From NCBI GenBank assembly GCA_013239625.1, contig MU053881.1, positions 6,223,957-6,287,956 of the forward strand: a DNA stretch of 64,000 nucleotides, in the 5' to 3' direction. The notes under the pieces were generated by a model, which was not told the origin of the DNA, did not search any database, and saw nothing but the letters and a program-made list of their open reading frames with translations. The stretch is from Lama guanicoe (Eukaryota). Of the stretch, positions 37,811 through 50,671 are shown piece after piece. How positions within the stretch are numbered: the stretch's first letter is position 1; the number at the start of each line of letters is the position of its first letter. The translations under genes and the position numbers were made by a program.

Positions 37811-40800
37811 GAAATAATCTCCTGAACTCTAAGCACTTGTTCAGAGATCACCCTCACTTATTTAACAGCTTATGTAGCATTTTTTGCTCATGTGCAGAAG
37901 GGCAATTCCACTGCATGTGGATTCACTGTGGAATGTATTCCTCAAGGCCTGGGATCCTCGAGGTGTTGATCATTCTGTTGCCTTCACAAGATTTTTGTGC
38001 TCTTACTTAACTACTGTGTTGTTCTATGTCCCTGACCAAGTTTCTGATAGAATCTAAGGTTATATGCATGGTTCCTAAATAATCTGTTTTCCAGAACTGC
38101 TATTTCCTGGTAACATTTTATTAAGTCTGTAGTTATTTCAAGACCAATACATTCGTCAGCTATCTTTTTGTAATCATTTGAGCATAAATATAAATCATAA
38201 TCCTTCATTCTTACAATGCTTCTAATAGTACATGCGAGTAATTTTCAAGGTCTTTTGTTAAAAAAAAATCTTTAAACAGGTGACCCCTCTTACAAATAAA
38301 TCTAATGCAACTATATGCAGCTGGGTGGCTCTAGTCAAAGTGGCAGTAGGGTCCCCTCTCCTCCCCCTTCTCTGGAGGACCTCTGTGGTACTTTCACAGA
38401 TCTCTGGGGCTCTGCAAAACCCAGCTGGAAAACCAAAACCACTGGTCTGTTTCTTAGTAAATAACAGTGGCTTGTATATCACTTTGCAAATTCAGTTTAA
38501 GCATATTATTAAGTCATACCTTAAACGCACCTGGAGCATACACTGCTCAAAAGCACCCTGATGTAAATTCTTATGTTTAATAAATAATTATAACTGTTCT
38601 ATCCATTTTTAACGCTTAGATTCTTCACACATTAAGCTTTCTTAAATCAGGTATCTAAGGAAGGAATAAAAGCAGTTCTATTTTTGCCAGCCTTATAAAA
38701 ACAATCACTATTTCTCCCTTTCTCCCTTCTGTGTACTCTTCAACCAACAGATGTCACTAAAGATACCATTACCCAGAGGCAAAGGGAAGAAAAGATTAGA
38801 CAAATGGAAATTGAGCATAAAAAACATCCAGTTCTTAAAACAGAGAAGTAGGTTTCCAAAGTAATAACATTTATTACACTGCATGCAACATTTTAACCAA
38901 AAATTTAAGAAAGAAATTTCTTTTATTAAGTTGCTCAGGCTGAACAGATCATAGCACTAAATTTTGAAATACGTGTTCTTGAAGCAATTTAAAACTCATT
39001 AGAAATAATAGGCTTGGGCTAGTAGAAAATGTGGTAAAATCTAATCCTCATCCAAATGTTACCTGGGCTGTGCAAACAGGAAATTGTTTTGTGCTACTGT
39101 GGCTAACCTCACTGCTGACCCTGAGCTGTAACAGCGAGAGCAGCTGAGAGCTGAAGCAAAATTAAAAACTTACATCAAAGTATATCATGACAGAATGTAG
39201 ATAAATAAAACAGCATATCAGAAGTATTATTTTCCTGCCAGTCTCATTGAGGAGCAAGGTGGAGGTATTCTACAAAATACATAACAAATCAGGTGCATTT
39301 GGAAATTTCCGAGTCCTTCCGCCTCTGCACCGCCCCAATCACTGACTACACAAATACTGCCCATGAGAGGTGAGCAGAGAAGTAACCCAGTGAGAATGGG
39401 AACAGAAGGGATCAAAGAATGTTCTGGCCTCTTTCCTCCATGGGCTTCCCCTTCCTTCACCTTGGCTTACCAAAGAAATAAACAATGCCCGCTCTTCTGT
39501 CATTCTTTCCCTCACTGTCTAGACTCCTGGATGGCAACCACACGATCTCCCTTCAGTGAGCATATTAGAACCTCCAGAGGTAAAAGCATGGGTAATAAAA
39601 CATCACAGAAGGTAAAGACAGACAAAATCAAGCTTGGCTGATCAGGGCCGGCATGGGAATCATGAAGGCTGAAAAAGGCTTTTCTACTATACTATGTAAC
39701 ATGCATGTGTCAGAGTTACTGGCGACAAAGTTAAAGGACATTCTGCCCTTGAGTTCCCTTTGACTTTGACTTCCCTTAAATTTTAGGACAGAAACCACCA
39801 TACTTTAAAGAACAGTGCTTCATCAAAAATACCAAAGGCACAATTTTCATGTGGCAACTCCCAAGTGGCAGAAAGGAATATGGAAAGGCTGTTATATGAA
39901 GTTATACAGAGTTGGAATGAAATTCCAATCTGACTACTTGCCAGCTATGCAACATCTGGTGAATCTCTTAACCTCCATGACTTCAATTTCTCCATAACAG
40001 TAATTGTAGTAACTAACTGGTCTAAGGGCTTTCCACGCATTGCGTAACTGAATCCTCATAACCACCTTACACAGTGTATTATTTTCTCTGTTTAACAAGA
40101 AGCTGAAGCAAGAGAGGCTGAGCAACTCAACCAAGGCCAAATGACTAGTGAGTGGCAGATGATAATACCTTAAGGATTCAACGGGCTAATGAATGATAAA
40201 TGGTCTAGTATAGGAGCAGGCACATAGTAGCTGATTAAAAGAATGGAAGCTACCGTCATTATTAGTCCAAACTGAGGAGCAGAGCCTTACCCTAATCTCC
40301 TGGTCCTTCTTCAGTGTTAAGAAAACTTCTTACTGGCTTTTCTTCTCAAGAACACTTTGGAGGTTTTCTCTTGTCTGCTCCACCTTCTCTTCTTCCTTTT
40401 CTCCCTCTCTCTCTGTCTCCCCCTCCTCCAATGTAATACTCACACAGTTACCTTTCTCAGCTTTTGCTGCAATGATTTTGTCTATGTCAAACAACCTGAC
40501 AGAAGACTGAAGAGCTTTTGAAGCCCATAGATTTGACATCACATTTGACATCACTGAATAGCTTTTGAAGCCCATAGATTTGGTGCCACTTGCTGGACAT
40601 ACATTCTGTCCTACACTAGAGATCCAGTGATACCGGAAGAGCAGGGAGCTGCTGCTCTCATCAGCCCTATTGCAACAGTAAGTAAGCCTCAAAGGAAACA
40701 TTACACTTAATGAGAGAAACTGGATCCAGAAAAGGGGGAAGGAAAGATACAATTGTGGACAGTAATAGGATTCATTTGTATAGTTAAAGCTCTATTTATT

Positions 40801-42249
40801 ATTAAGAAATTCTTATACATGCATTGTTTCAGAATGGGAAATATGACTTCTTTTTAAAAAGCGAGGAGACACTTAGCACTTGTCACAGGCAGAAGGAAGC
40901 AGGACAGTATGGTCCAAGCAGGAGGCATCCCTGAACAAAAGAGTGATTGGTTTTTTGTTTTGGTCAGTGAACTCCTATCCAAAGAAGGCTAGTTCTGTGA
41001 GTGTAAGAGAATGACTTTGGCTCACTGAGTACCTAATCCATATCACACCCTGTGCCAAGTCTTTTACTTCAAGTAGCTCAGTTAACCACCTCTGATCCTA
41101 ACTAGACAGGTAGGTTGGTAGGTATTCATTATTTTTAATTTCATCTAGGAGAAAACTAGACACAAAGAGGCTTGGCTGAAGGTCATGGAGTTGATGAGGG
41201 CTGGTATTAGGAATGGTACTAGATCCTTAAATCTCCAAAAACAATGCTTTTTCTAAAATACCATGCTTTTGGAAAAAGAGCCAGTCATCTATTTTTGCAT
41301 GATAAGATGCTGGAAGGATTAGATACACCCTGGAAATGCAGCTAACTGTATTGAGAGTATTTAAAAAGGGGTCCATTTTTACCTTCAGGAGGCAAACCAT
41401 TTCTACTTTATATGATTCTAATGTGTCCATTTTCAACCAACAGTTGTGGCAATATAGTTGCTGGTACAGATGAAAATAAGAGAGTGCAGGTCTACTGCCT
41501 TCAAGAGGTGCTCTCTGCAGTTTCCATACACTTAAAATCTCTTAACTCTAAAAATCAAATGTACAATTAAAACTAAGCATTTTTAACAGAGGCCTACACT
41601 GCACACAGAACAGAGTTCCAGAATGTTTTGAGTTGAAGTAAAAACAATTTAAAACAACTGTTTTTCTGCTTCTGAAAGAAATAGGCTTTTACTTTTAAAA
41701 AAGTTTTATGCTTCAACGATTGTTCCTACATGTACACTTAAAGAAGCTTCACAAAATTTCATAAAATCTGTTTCTAGGTACTCAAAAAGAAGTGTAAGAA
41801 TCACAGGCAATTTTTGAGGCCAAACATAGAGTTGGCTATTGATTTGGGAAAGTAAGAACAGATAGGCAAAAAAGGAGACAAAGAATAAGACACAGAAACA
41901 TCTCTCAAGGAGAAGAACAATGCAGAGTCCAGCTTACAGTTAGTGTTCAGTGAGTGTGTGGCAAACCATCAGAGGATTCTTACCCACTGTATCACACCCT
42001 CATTCCCTGGCTGTATAAAGGTTTCAGAAATTGAGAATTTCACTGATGAAGCTGTCAGAATTGGCAAGTATTAGGGTTTATGGTAGTTCCAAGGCTCAAT
42101 TCTAACTACTAACCATTTTTTTTTTACTCTAATTGAATAGGACAATCTTTACTGTAGAACTCTGATTCTGGGGGTGCAGTACCCCAAAATTCCCTATAAA
42201 AATATTTACTGCTTTTTACCAGGGTATCTTTCCGAAATCCAGTGCTGGT

Positions 42250-42402
42250 GACATACTGAGTTTAACATTCTTTCCAAGATGTAACTTTTAGCAATTCTGA
42301 ATGTGCTATAACTTTTCAATATTCTATCTAGTGTATTCCTTTTGCCTACTGACGCTGCAATTTTATCCAGAAGAAATTCATCAAGTTGGTCAGGCATGAT
42401 CT
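42250..42402 (-). mobile_element. Ancient CR1/L3 reverse-transcriptase fragment
   Basis: Minus strand reads RSCLTNLMNFF/(frameshift)DKIAASVGKRNTLDRI, resembling the CR1 RT motif RSCLTNLISFFDKVT..VD.GN.VD.I. Confidence 0.75.
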
Positions 42403-42590
42403 GTAGTCAGAGGCATGCTGCTTACTTCTGATGCCAATATGATAGCTACCTGGCTTCATGCACTCCTATCATCCACTTCACAAATTCATACAGATATGAA
42501 GGTTCAAAAGAACAAAATAACTAACATCTTTCTTTCCTCCAAAGAGATAAAACTTATATTGCAGAGACAAATATGGAAAAGGATACTCAC

Positions 42591-42673
42591 CGTAAGTGCA
42601 AATCATTTTACTAGCTTCTCTGAAGAGAAGAATTCCATTAGGAGATGATACATCAAAATTCAAACGCTGGGAT
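42591..42673 (-). CDS. RANBP17: RANBP17 internal coding exon (83 nt; probably exon 22)
   Basis: gtatttcttag|ATCCCAG...ACTTACG|gtgagt; (R)[27 protein letters not shown](G); phase 2 in, 1 out. Confidence 0.96.
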
Positions 42674-44883
42674 CTAAGAAATACAGCAAAAATTCAGACT
42701 ATATGTGCAGATAAAGAAACCAAATAAAGATTCAAAATACCTAGAATTTTCATTTATTAGAAGTAGCAGCAGTACAATCATCCCTTTTTAAAGTGCCATT
42801 CCATTTACTAGTGCTGATAAAATGTGTGTGCTAATTTTCTCACTATAAAGATACTGGGACAATTAAGTTATTTTCTTTTATTTGCTGATTCAAAGAATTC
42901 AGTTTTTTATCCATCAAACAACATCGTGACATCTTATATCACAGACCTCTTACCCCCCTTCTCCTTTCATGCAAAGTGGTTGATAGATAATAAAAAACCC
43001 CAAGTATGTATGTGTAACTTTATATAGATACTCGGGTAGAGATTTACATCTGAGATCTCCTACAGTGCCCAACACACAGCATTAAAACAAATTCTAAAAT
43101 AACAGGTAGGAAATCTAGGTCCCTTTCGTACTGCTCATATGCATAATGAATCATCTGATACTTCAAGCATATTTCAAACACCTTGAGTTACATATAGATT
43201 ATAAGTTACCATTGCACATGGATCACATAAAGAGAAATAAGTTCTAAATGAGAACAATTCTGCTTCCCTAGTTCCTGACATGTGGGGAAGAGTAGGAAAA
43301 TGGTAAAGAACTGACATGCTATCCTGACATACCATTTGCTTTTTTTAACATCACTTTGCCTTTAGCTGGCTCTGATTATGCCTTGTCACTCTGCTTTCAA
43401 GAAATAATAGTATATTTTTACATGGATTAGCAAAAATATCAAACAGGTCACAGCAAAGAAATATCAAAAACCAAAGATATTTGCTAACGTCCTTTCGCCA
43501 GGAATTGAATAAATTGTTGCTTCTCTATATGCTTTTTCAAAATGCTTTAGAATTAAGAGCAATTACAACTTATTAGAAATATTATTGTAAATGTCTGATT
43601 GTTGACATACAATTCCTGATTAAAGAAATATATATATACATAATTCACATTAGGTTCTAGAGAAACAAAGACAAGATAATATTTTCTGATATTACAAATT
43701 TTTACTAGGTAGTTCTTAGGACACTTGTGCTAGATATGGATTATCCATCTACGGCAAATACAAAATACTTTACAATGTAATGTTTTTCCTTTAGTATTAA
43801 ATATCAGTAATAAATAATATCAATTATTTGGCTGAAATAATTATAGCTTAATAAAACCTAAATTTCTAATATAAAATATATAGCCACAGTTCCTTTAGAA
43901 TTTAAGGCACCTATGAGAATAGTTAGAAAAAAAAAACTAACAGTTTTCAAGAGAATAATACTCACATTTATTTATTTGCCAGGTCTTTTTCTACCTCTTG
44001 CTTTAAAAATTTTAAATTTTTGCTGCGAAAAACTCAGCACCAGAGATTAAATTAGAGCTGCAATCCATACTCCTTTCCTGCCTGGATATATCCCTTTCAA
44101 CACGCAGTTTACAAAGAGGAACTGATGAAACGGGATGGCTAAGTGACAAGTAATTTGGTGCGAAGCCATATTCATAATGACATATTTTAAAGAGGCAAAA
44201 CCAATTAGCTTATTGCAATTTTTCTCTTTTAGCTACATCTTTGTTAATATTTATATACAGAGAATTTGAATATCCGTTTGTCTATGTAAACTATAAGGTC
44301 AACAAGGTAATTTCTGAGAAGTGTTGTAGTTGGTATTTAAATAAAAATTGTTGACTGCATAAATCATCCACATACATGCATCTTGGTACAGAGGAAAAAG
44401 GATAACTCAGAAGCCAAAGTAGGGACAATCCCCAGGGCTTCTGAGACAAACTGTGTGTCCATGAATTGCTCTGGGACTCAGTCCCCTTATCTATGAAAAT
44501 AAAGCATCTCATCTCAGAGACCTCTAAACTTCTTTCCTCCTTAAAAATTCTACAGAATTGCAGTTAAGCAATGAAACAGTTAAAATATCTGCCCTTCCTC
44601 CATTTTGTGCCTTTGAATATTTTAAATAATGGTAGCTGAAGTCTTCCAAATTTTTTTCCACTTCCCATAGTCCCCATATATACCTAAGTATATTATATTC
44701 TTTCTCTCCAAAGGTCTCAACCTTGTATCTCTAGTTCTGTCACCTTCACTGATCATCTTAAGTTTCGGTTCCTGGGTTCTTGCTAAGCCTTAAATACACA
44801 CACATCAGGCAGGAAAGTCTGGCCTTTGGGGAGTGATGCCAAATAGGAGAGTATTTTTTCCACTCCCCTATCACACCTCTTAC

Positions 44884-44991
44884 CTGTTTTGCATCAGTTC
44901 TGCCATAAGCTTTAAGATGGGAGTTGTACATGCTGGCTCTCCATACCACTGCTCAATGGCTCTCTGAAGAATGGGAAGATATGTTGGGTAC
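44884..44991 (-). CDS. RANBP17: RANBP17 internal coding exon (108 nt; probably exon 21)
   Basis: ttctttaacaggcttttataaaag|GTACCCA...CAAAACAG|gtaaga; (M)[35 protein letters not shown](R); phase 2/2; its reading frame is not in the ORF track. Confidence 0.96.
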
Positions 44992-47900
44992 CTTTTATAA
45001 AAGCCTGTTAAAGAATTTAAGGGTCAAAAGAAATATTGTTCCTGAAAATTAGTGCCACTTCGAAAGAAAAAAAAAAGGAATCCATATTTGTTCTATGTTT
45101 AGCACACAATGGTAATTTAAAAAAATTGCTCTCCCTAACCTGTACAGCTGTACTTTTCTTGGGGACTTGCTCTTAATTGTGAACATATCTCATACATATA
45201 TATTGCTTTATTCTTGGCATATTCTATAAATAAAAGGCATACTTTTAAAGTATCATGTAAGTAACATATTTAAAGCATTACACTTAAAAATTGAAGAAAA
45301 GAAAAAAATTTAGTTAACAAGGATGAAAACGTCTGAATTGCTATTTATCAGTTTCTTGGGCATCAAACTACTTAAAAATGTTGCATGTTATGTAACTTTT
45401 AAAATACATGAAAGTAGAGGGAAATAGTAATAAACCCAATGTATTTATCTCCCAGCTTAGAAATTATCTACATTCTTTTTTTTTTTTTTTAAAGTTGTTG
45501 ACTTAACTTTGCTTAGTCCCAGTAAGGCTCCAAGGAACACCGGGAATGCTAGCTTGAAAAAAGCTTTGGATAACTTTTAATCTACTCAAGGTCAGTTTTG
45601 CTAAAAGGCAGTCCCATGTATACTCAAGGAGAAATTCTCAAACATCCCCATCAACACTAAGGAGTGTATGCGTCTGTTAAGTCAATGGCTGAGACCATCA
45701 AAGCCTGGAAAATTCTGACTCAGCTCCACTGGCCCTTTAACCCATAATTGGTCTCCTCCTTGCTAAATGGCCAGAAAAGTGTAAAATCAAGTCCTAAAAC
45801 TGCAGCAGAAAAAAAAGTTCTTCCTATGCTACTACCTTCACTTCCTTTTTCTTCTCCTAATCCCTAAATGTCTCTCTTTCTGATGTTTTCCAACACGGGT
45901 GTCTTTTTGTTTCAGGCCAAAGTGTGGAACTCAGTCACTTACTGGTGTTCCTTTCCTGTGTGGTATGGGTAGTGATCTCCATGGTGAGAAACATCATAAT
46001 TTTCCTTCCTGCTCTTAGAATACGTTTCAAGTTCCTTATCATGGCAAAAAAGGTCCTTTAATACCTGGTCCCTGCCTACCTCCAGCCTCAACTCTTAGTA
46101 CTCCTGCCTTATCTATGGTTTAGCCATTCTTAATTTTCTGCAAATCCACTGATGCCAACTCTCTCTCGTCTCTATTCCTCTATACGCAGCTTTATCTGCC
46201 TAACACACTCCTAACTATATTTCGACACTTTGCTCAAAGTTTTACTTCCCCTGGGATGGTGGAACTTTCTCTTTTTTCTGTCAAAAGGCATCAATCTCTT
46301 CCTCATCTAAGTTCAATGGGCACTTTGATCACATTTCTCTTATAACTGTATTAGGGTTGCTGGTTTGTATTACCCGTCTGCCTCATTAGATAGTGACTTT
46401 CTAAAGGACAAAGACCTGGGCTTCCCTACCATGTCCCTGTTAATTCCTATTTCTCCCTCATATTTCATTATATATGTTAATTATTCCAAGAAGCCTTCCT
46501 GACACCACCCCCACACCCCCGTGACTAATGTGTCACCTGTGCATGGCCCTGGTACCCTGTGCTAGTGCCATCATAGCATCTTCTCTCTCCTACAATAGTA
46601 TACGCTATTTGAGGGCAGGCCCTAGGCACTTATCGCATGCATGAGCCTAGCACAAAGTAGACTTCAACAAATATTTGTTGCTGTAAATCTGCCAACCCCA
46701 AAACGAGCTATAGTATATTTGATTAGAACTACCTAATTCTTTCAAGCTGTGCACTTCACTTTGAAGCTTCAGGAAATAATTCATGTAACATTCAGTGAAA
46801 AGAAACTTTCTAATACCTAGGAGTGGCATGCTCCCTAAAAGTGCAAAAAGCAACACTTTTGCCCCCCTAGATGTATCATGTATAGTATTGAAACAATTTA
46901 CCTAATAAGTACTTATCAAAGGCCTATTCTGTAACTGTCTACTGTTTTTAAACTCTCTGGAGACATCAACGACCAAAAATTAAAAAATCCCTGCTCATGG
47001 AATTTATATTTCAATAAGACAGAAAAATAAATAAAAGAGATACACAGTATGCTAGGAAGAACTACAAAGGTAACAAGGCAGAGAGGGGAGATGAGAAGTG
47101 AGTGTGTATGTGTGACTGAGGGTTCAGCTGGATAAAAATGAAAAATATAAAATCAATTAACCTGATTATTAACTCTATTTTGGCTCTTGTCAGATAACTT
47201 GTTTTATTTTTTCTATGGAACAGAAAATCTGTCATTTTGGATAGAAGGTAGATATTATATGCTACGTGCTGTCCTAGGAGCTGGAGATTCAGAGGTAAGA
47301 TATGGCTTTTATTCTTGGGGAATTCATGCTTCAGTCTGGGCGGTGTACACATAGTAGTGATGTACCCAAGATCTGAAGCAGTGCCAGAAGAGCTCAGGTG
47401 AGAAAGTATTCCACTGAGAGAGCTGAGCACAAACTCAGTGATCATCAATAGGAAAGTATCAGGAAACTGAAAAGACTCAGATCTCAGAATCTAAGAATAT
47501 CGTAATCACGCACAAACCCCTTTGCAAGACATTCTAAAGGCACTGGGACCATTGCATTTTTCAGAGCATACTGCATATATGGGATAAGGCCAGGGGATAC
47601 GAGGGGATGCTCCCTTCTCTGTGTGGAATGAGAGTGGTGCCAACTTTAATATGCTTCTGACAGAGGTGACTGCCACAGAGAAAATGAGTGATTATTGGAA
47701 AGCAGAGTAGAAGTCTACCAAGCAGGGAGGTTAAAAGGGCTTCAGAGTGAGAGTGCCAGGCTCAGATTACAGGGTGAGGATCAGAACCCACTCTGAGTTT
47801 TAATTTTCCAGCGGCCTTGTGTGGACGACGTATATATGGATAAAAGGAAGACAGTGGGGGCCTTTGGTAGAGAGGGTACAGATCTAATTACTGTCACATA

Positions 47901-48030
47901 GATCTCCTCAATGAATTCCTAAGGTCTACAACAGATAAATGAAAACTCAAAAACATTAACGATAGGACATTGCCTTATAAGATGCCAACTAAGAAAAACT
48001 GAAAAGTATGAGGTTTGCTTCTTGACAACA

Positions 48031-48076
48031 CCCACCCATCCATCCATCTATCCATCCATCCATCTGTCCATCCATT
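48031..48076. repeat. Degenerate (CCAT)n at an L2 tail
   Basis: Directly visible. Confidence 0.8.
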
Positions 48077-50657
48077 CCAGCAGTTATTAGTACTTACCAT
48101 GTGCTAGACCCCAAGAAAACAAAAATGAGTAAAAACGTAATTCTTTCCCTTTGGGATTTCATAGTAGAGAAATAATTCTAATGTACTAGAGGGCAACAAA
48201 AGAGTTTTTGTTAAAACTGTTGAGTGTGAGAACGTGGTTCCAGAAAGAAATAGCCTGCAAGCTCAGAGCTTATTTTAAACATACGCCTTGAATGTGAAAC
48301 GTCCATATCTTTGCTCATAGAGGCAAATGCTGCTGGGGAGCCTTTATTCTCTCTGTCTGGCAAATGCCTATACATCTTTCAACACCAAAATCAACTTTCA
48401 CTTCCCGGGAAGTCTTTTTGCCCCAAACGCCAATCTCTTCCTCTTATATATTCATTTGGTCCTCTGCATGCCTCTTTGTTACAGCTCATGGATTGTTTAT
48501 TGGTTATTTGTTATAGCCACTAGGTTATGAGCTTCTAAGGAGCAATCCATTTTATTCATTCTTGTAAAAAGGAATTGTTTTATTCATTCCTCATGCCTGG
48601 TACAGTGCACTCAAAAAGTGCCTGTTGAACAACAATTTTTCAGGTTTGCTTTTTTTTTTTTTCTATTTCAGTTCTTCCAATATACTGCTGATTATCCTCT
48701 TCTTGAAACACAACTCTGATTCTGTTAGTCAATCAAGACCATTACTTGTTCTATAAAAATCTATGGAATAAGGGTCTAAATTCCTTAGCCCGATATTCAA
48801 GGGTCCCAGACAACCCTTATGTCCATCCACAGAATAAGTGGTATCTATAACAAAACATCTACACTATTTTTCCTAAACGTGTGCTTAGACCAAGTGAAAA
48901 CCCCTTACTTCACAGTCCCAACAGTCCAATCCTACTTATTCGGTAAGATCCAGGGAAATATCTTCACCTCTACAGAGCCTTTCCTGATGCCCCAGCTAAA
49001 CACGATCACTCTATCTGTATCTTTGTCACGGCATGAATCACCTTCTATACTTTATTACATTGACTTGTGTAAGTACCTAACTGACTCTATTAACCTATAG
49101 GCTCATTTTGGGGTAGGATTTGAGTCTAAGCAATCTATATCCCTCATGAAACCCAGCACAGTCCTTAGTCAAATTTGCAGAGTAAGTGGGCAAATGGGAT
49201 TCCTTCATCTCATTCCATATTCGGGAAAGGAACAAACAACAGAGGTGGAGTGTGTTTACTTCGTGCCAGACACTGTACTAGGCCCTTTGTACATGTCAGT
49301 TTACTCACTTCTTACAACCTACCTGTGAGATAGGTACTATTAGCTCTGTTTTATGAAGGAGAAAGCTGTGATTCTGAGACATTAAGCAAGAAGTTTACCC
49401 CAAACCCTAAAGGTTGTTAACCGGTAAAATCTAAGAGTGTCCTGTTCCAAAGTTTGTGCTTTCCTACATACCTCGTGGTCTTAACCTGTCTTTGTACAAT
49501 GTGTTTATGCATATGAGTCAACAGCATTGACTGGATGACTGAAAAACTGTGGACTCAAAGATCGGGTTTATGACCATTAAAAGAATGAGTGTGAGGAAAC
49601 AGCATCGTATACATTCCTTTTTTTTCTTTTCCTATTTCCCTCTGATTTTTGGTACTTCAGTCTAAGTATGATCTGGGAAAAGTTTAAACAAGGTGACTCC
49701 ATGCACTGCAAAGTAAGGTGCTTTTATATTGTTGCATTCTAACCATAGGGGCATATCAATGATTCTTCTTCAATTTTCCAGTAGTGGAACAATTTATCAA
49801 CATGGTTGCTGTGCAGTTTCAGGCAATTTAGGTTTGGAAGGACAGAGTGATAAGCAATATAGTTCACGTAGCAGTTAATGCAGTCAGTGTTTATAGAAAT
49901 GTTTCTGAATTAAATAGCTAACCGCTAAAACAGCATTTTATCAAATAATCGCCATAAATAAAATGCATTTTGACTTTAAGATGACATGTGCTCTTAAAGG
50001 ACGTTTCTTCTGCATGCTAAGGACTGTATAGCAAATTAAAGAACACACATTTATGTGGATAAAAGGCAAATAAACTTTCCCCAGCAGTAATGTGAGAATC
50101 ATCACTGACGGTTTGACATATCAATATTTCAGGAAGAATAAATGACTTTCATATCCATGTTTTTTTTATCATATACTTATTCATTTTTACATTACTAGAA
50201 TATTTTGCAGAGAATCTGTACTTTATCACCTGAAACTGCTTAAAGTATTTCGAAATATTTTAATAAAGCTTTTTGAATTATCAAATAATGTAACTTTTAA
50301 CCAAATTTTACTATTATTATAAATATTTGCTCTTCATCCTTTGCCCAAAGGAAAACTATAAATCTTGTCTCAACTGAATGAACACCATTTATCATATTCA
50401 TTTTGTTGTCAATACAATTATGAAAAGCCTTTGGCCTTTTCCCAAGGAAGCTGATTTGCTACTGAAACTCAATTATTATAAGCAAGGCCAGTAGCAAGCC
50501 ACGCTGTTCGGCAGTATAACGCAGCTTCCTGCATAACTGGCACTTCGCCCTCCACCTCTGACCCTAATAACATCAACATCTTTGGTCAAAAGGAGGAGAC
50601 AATGGTTTGTAGTCCAAAACAGGAAAGGACGTCCCAAGGTTTTCCATTTGCTATTTT

Positions 50658-50671
50658 CTGCCATCTGCTGG
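50658..50671 (-). promoter_or_regulatory. CTCF core motif
   Basis: CCAGCAGATGGCAG matches CCASYAGRKGGCRS at all 14 positions; lies in apparently non-repeat sequence. Binding not shown. Confidence 0.6.
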
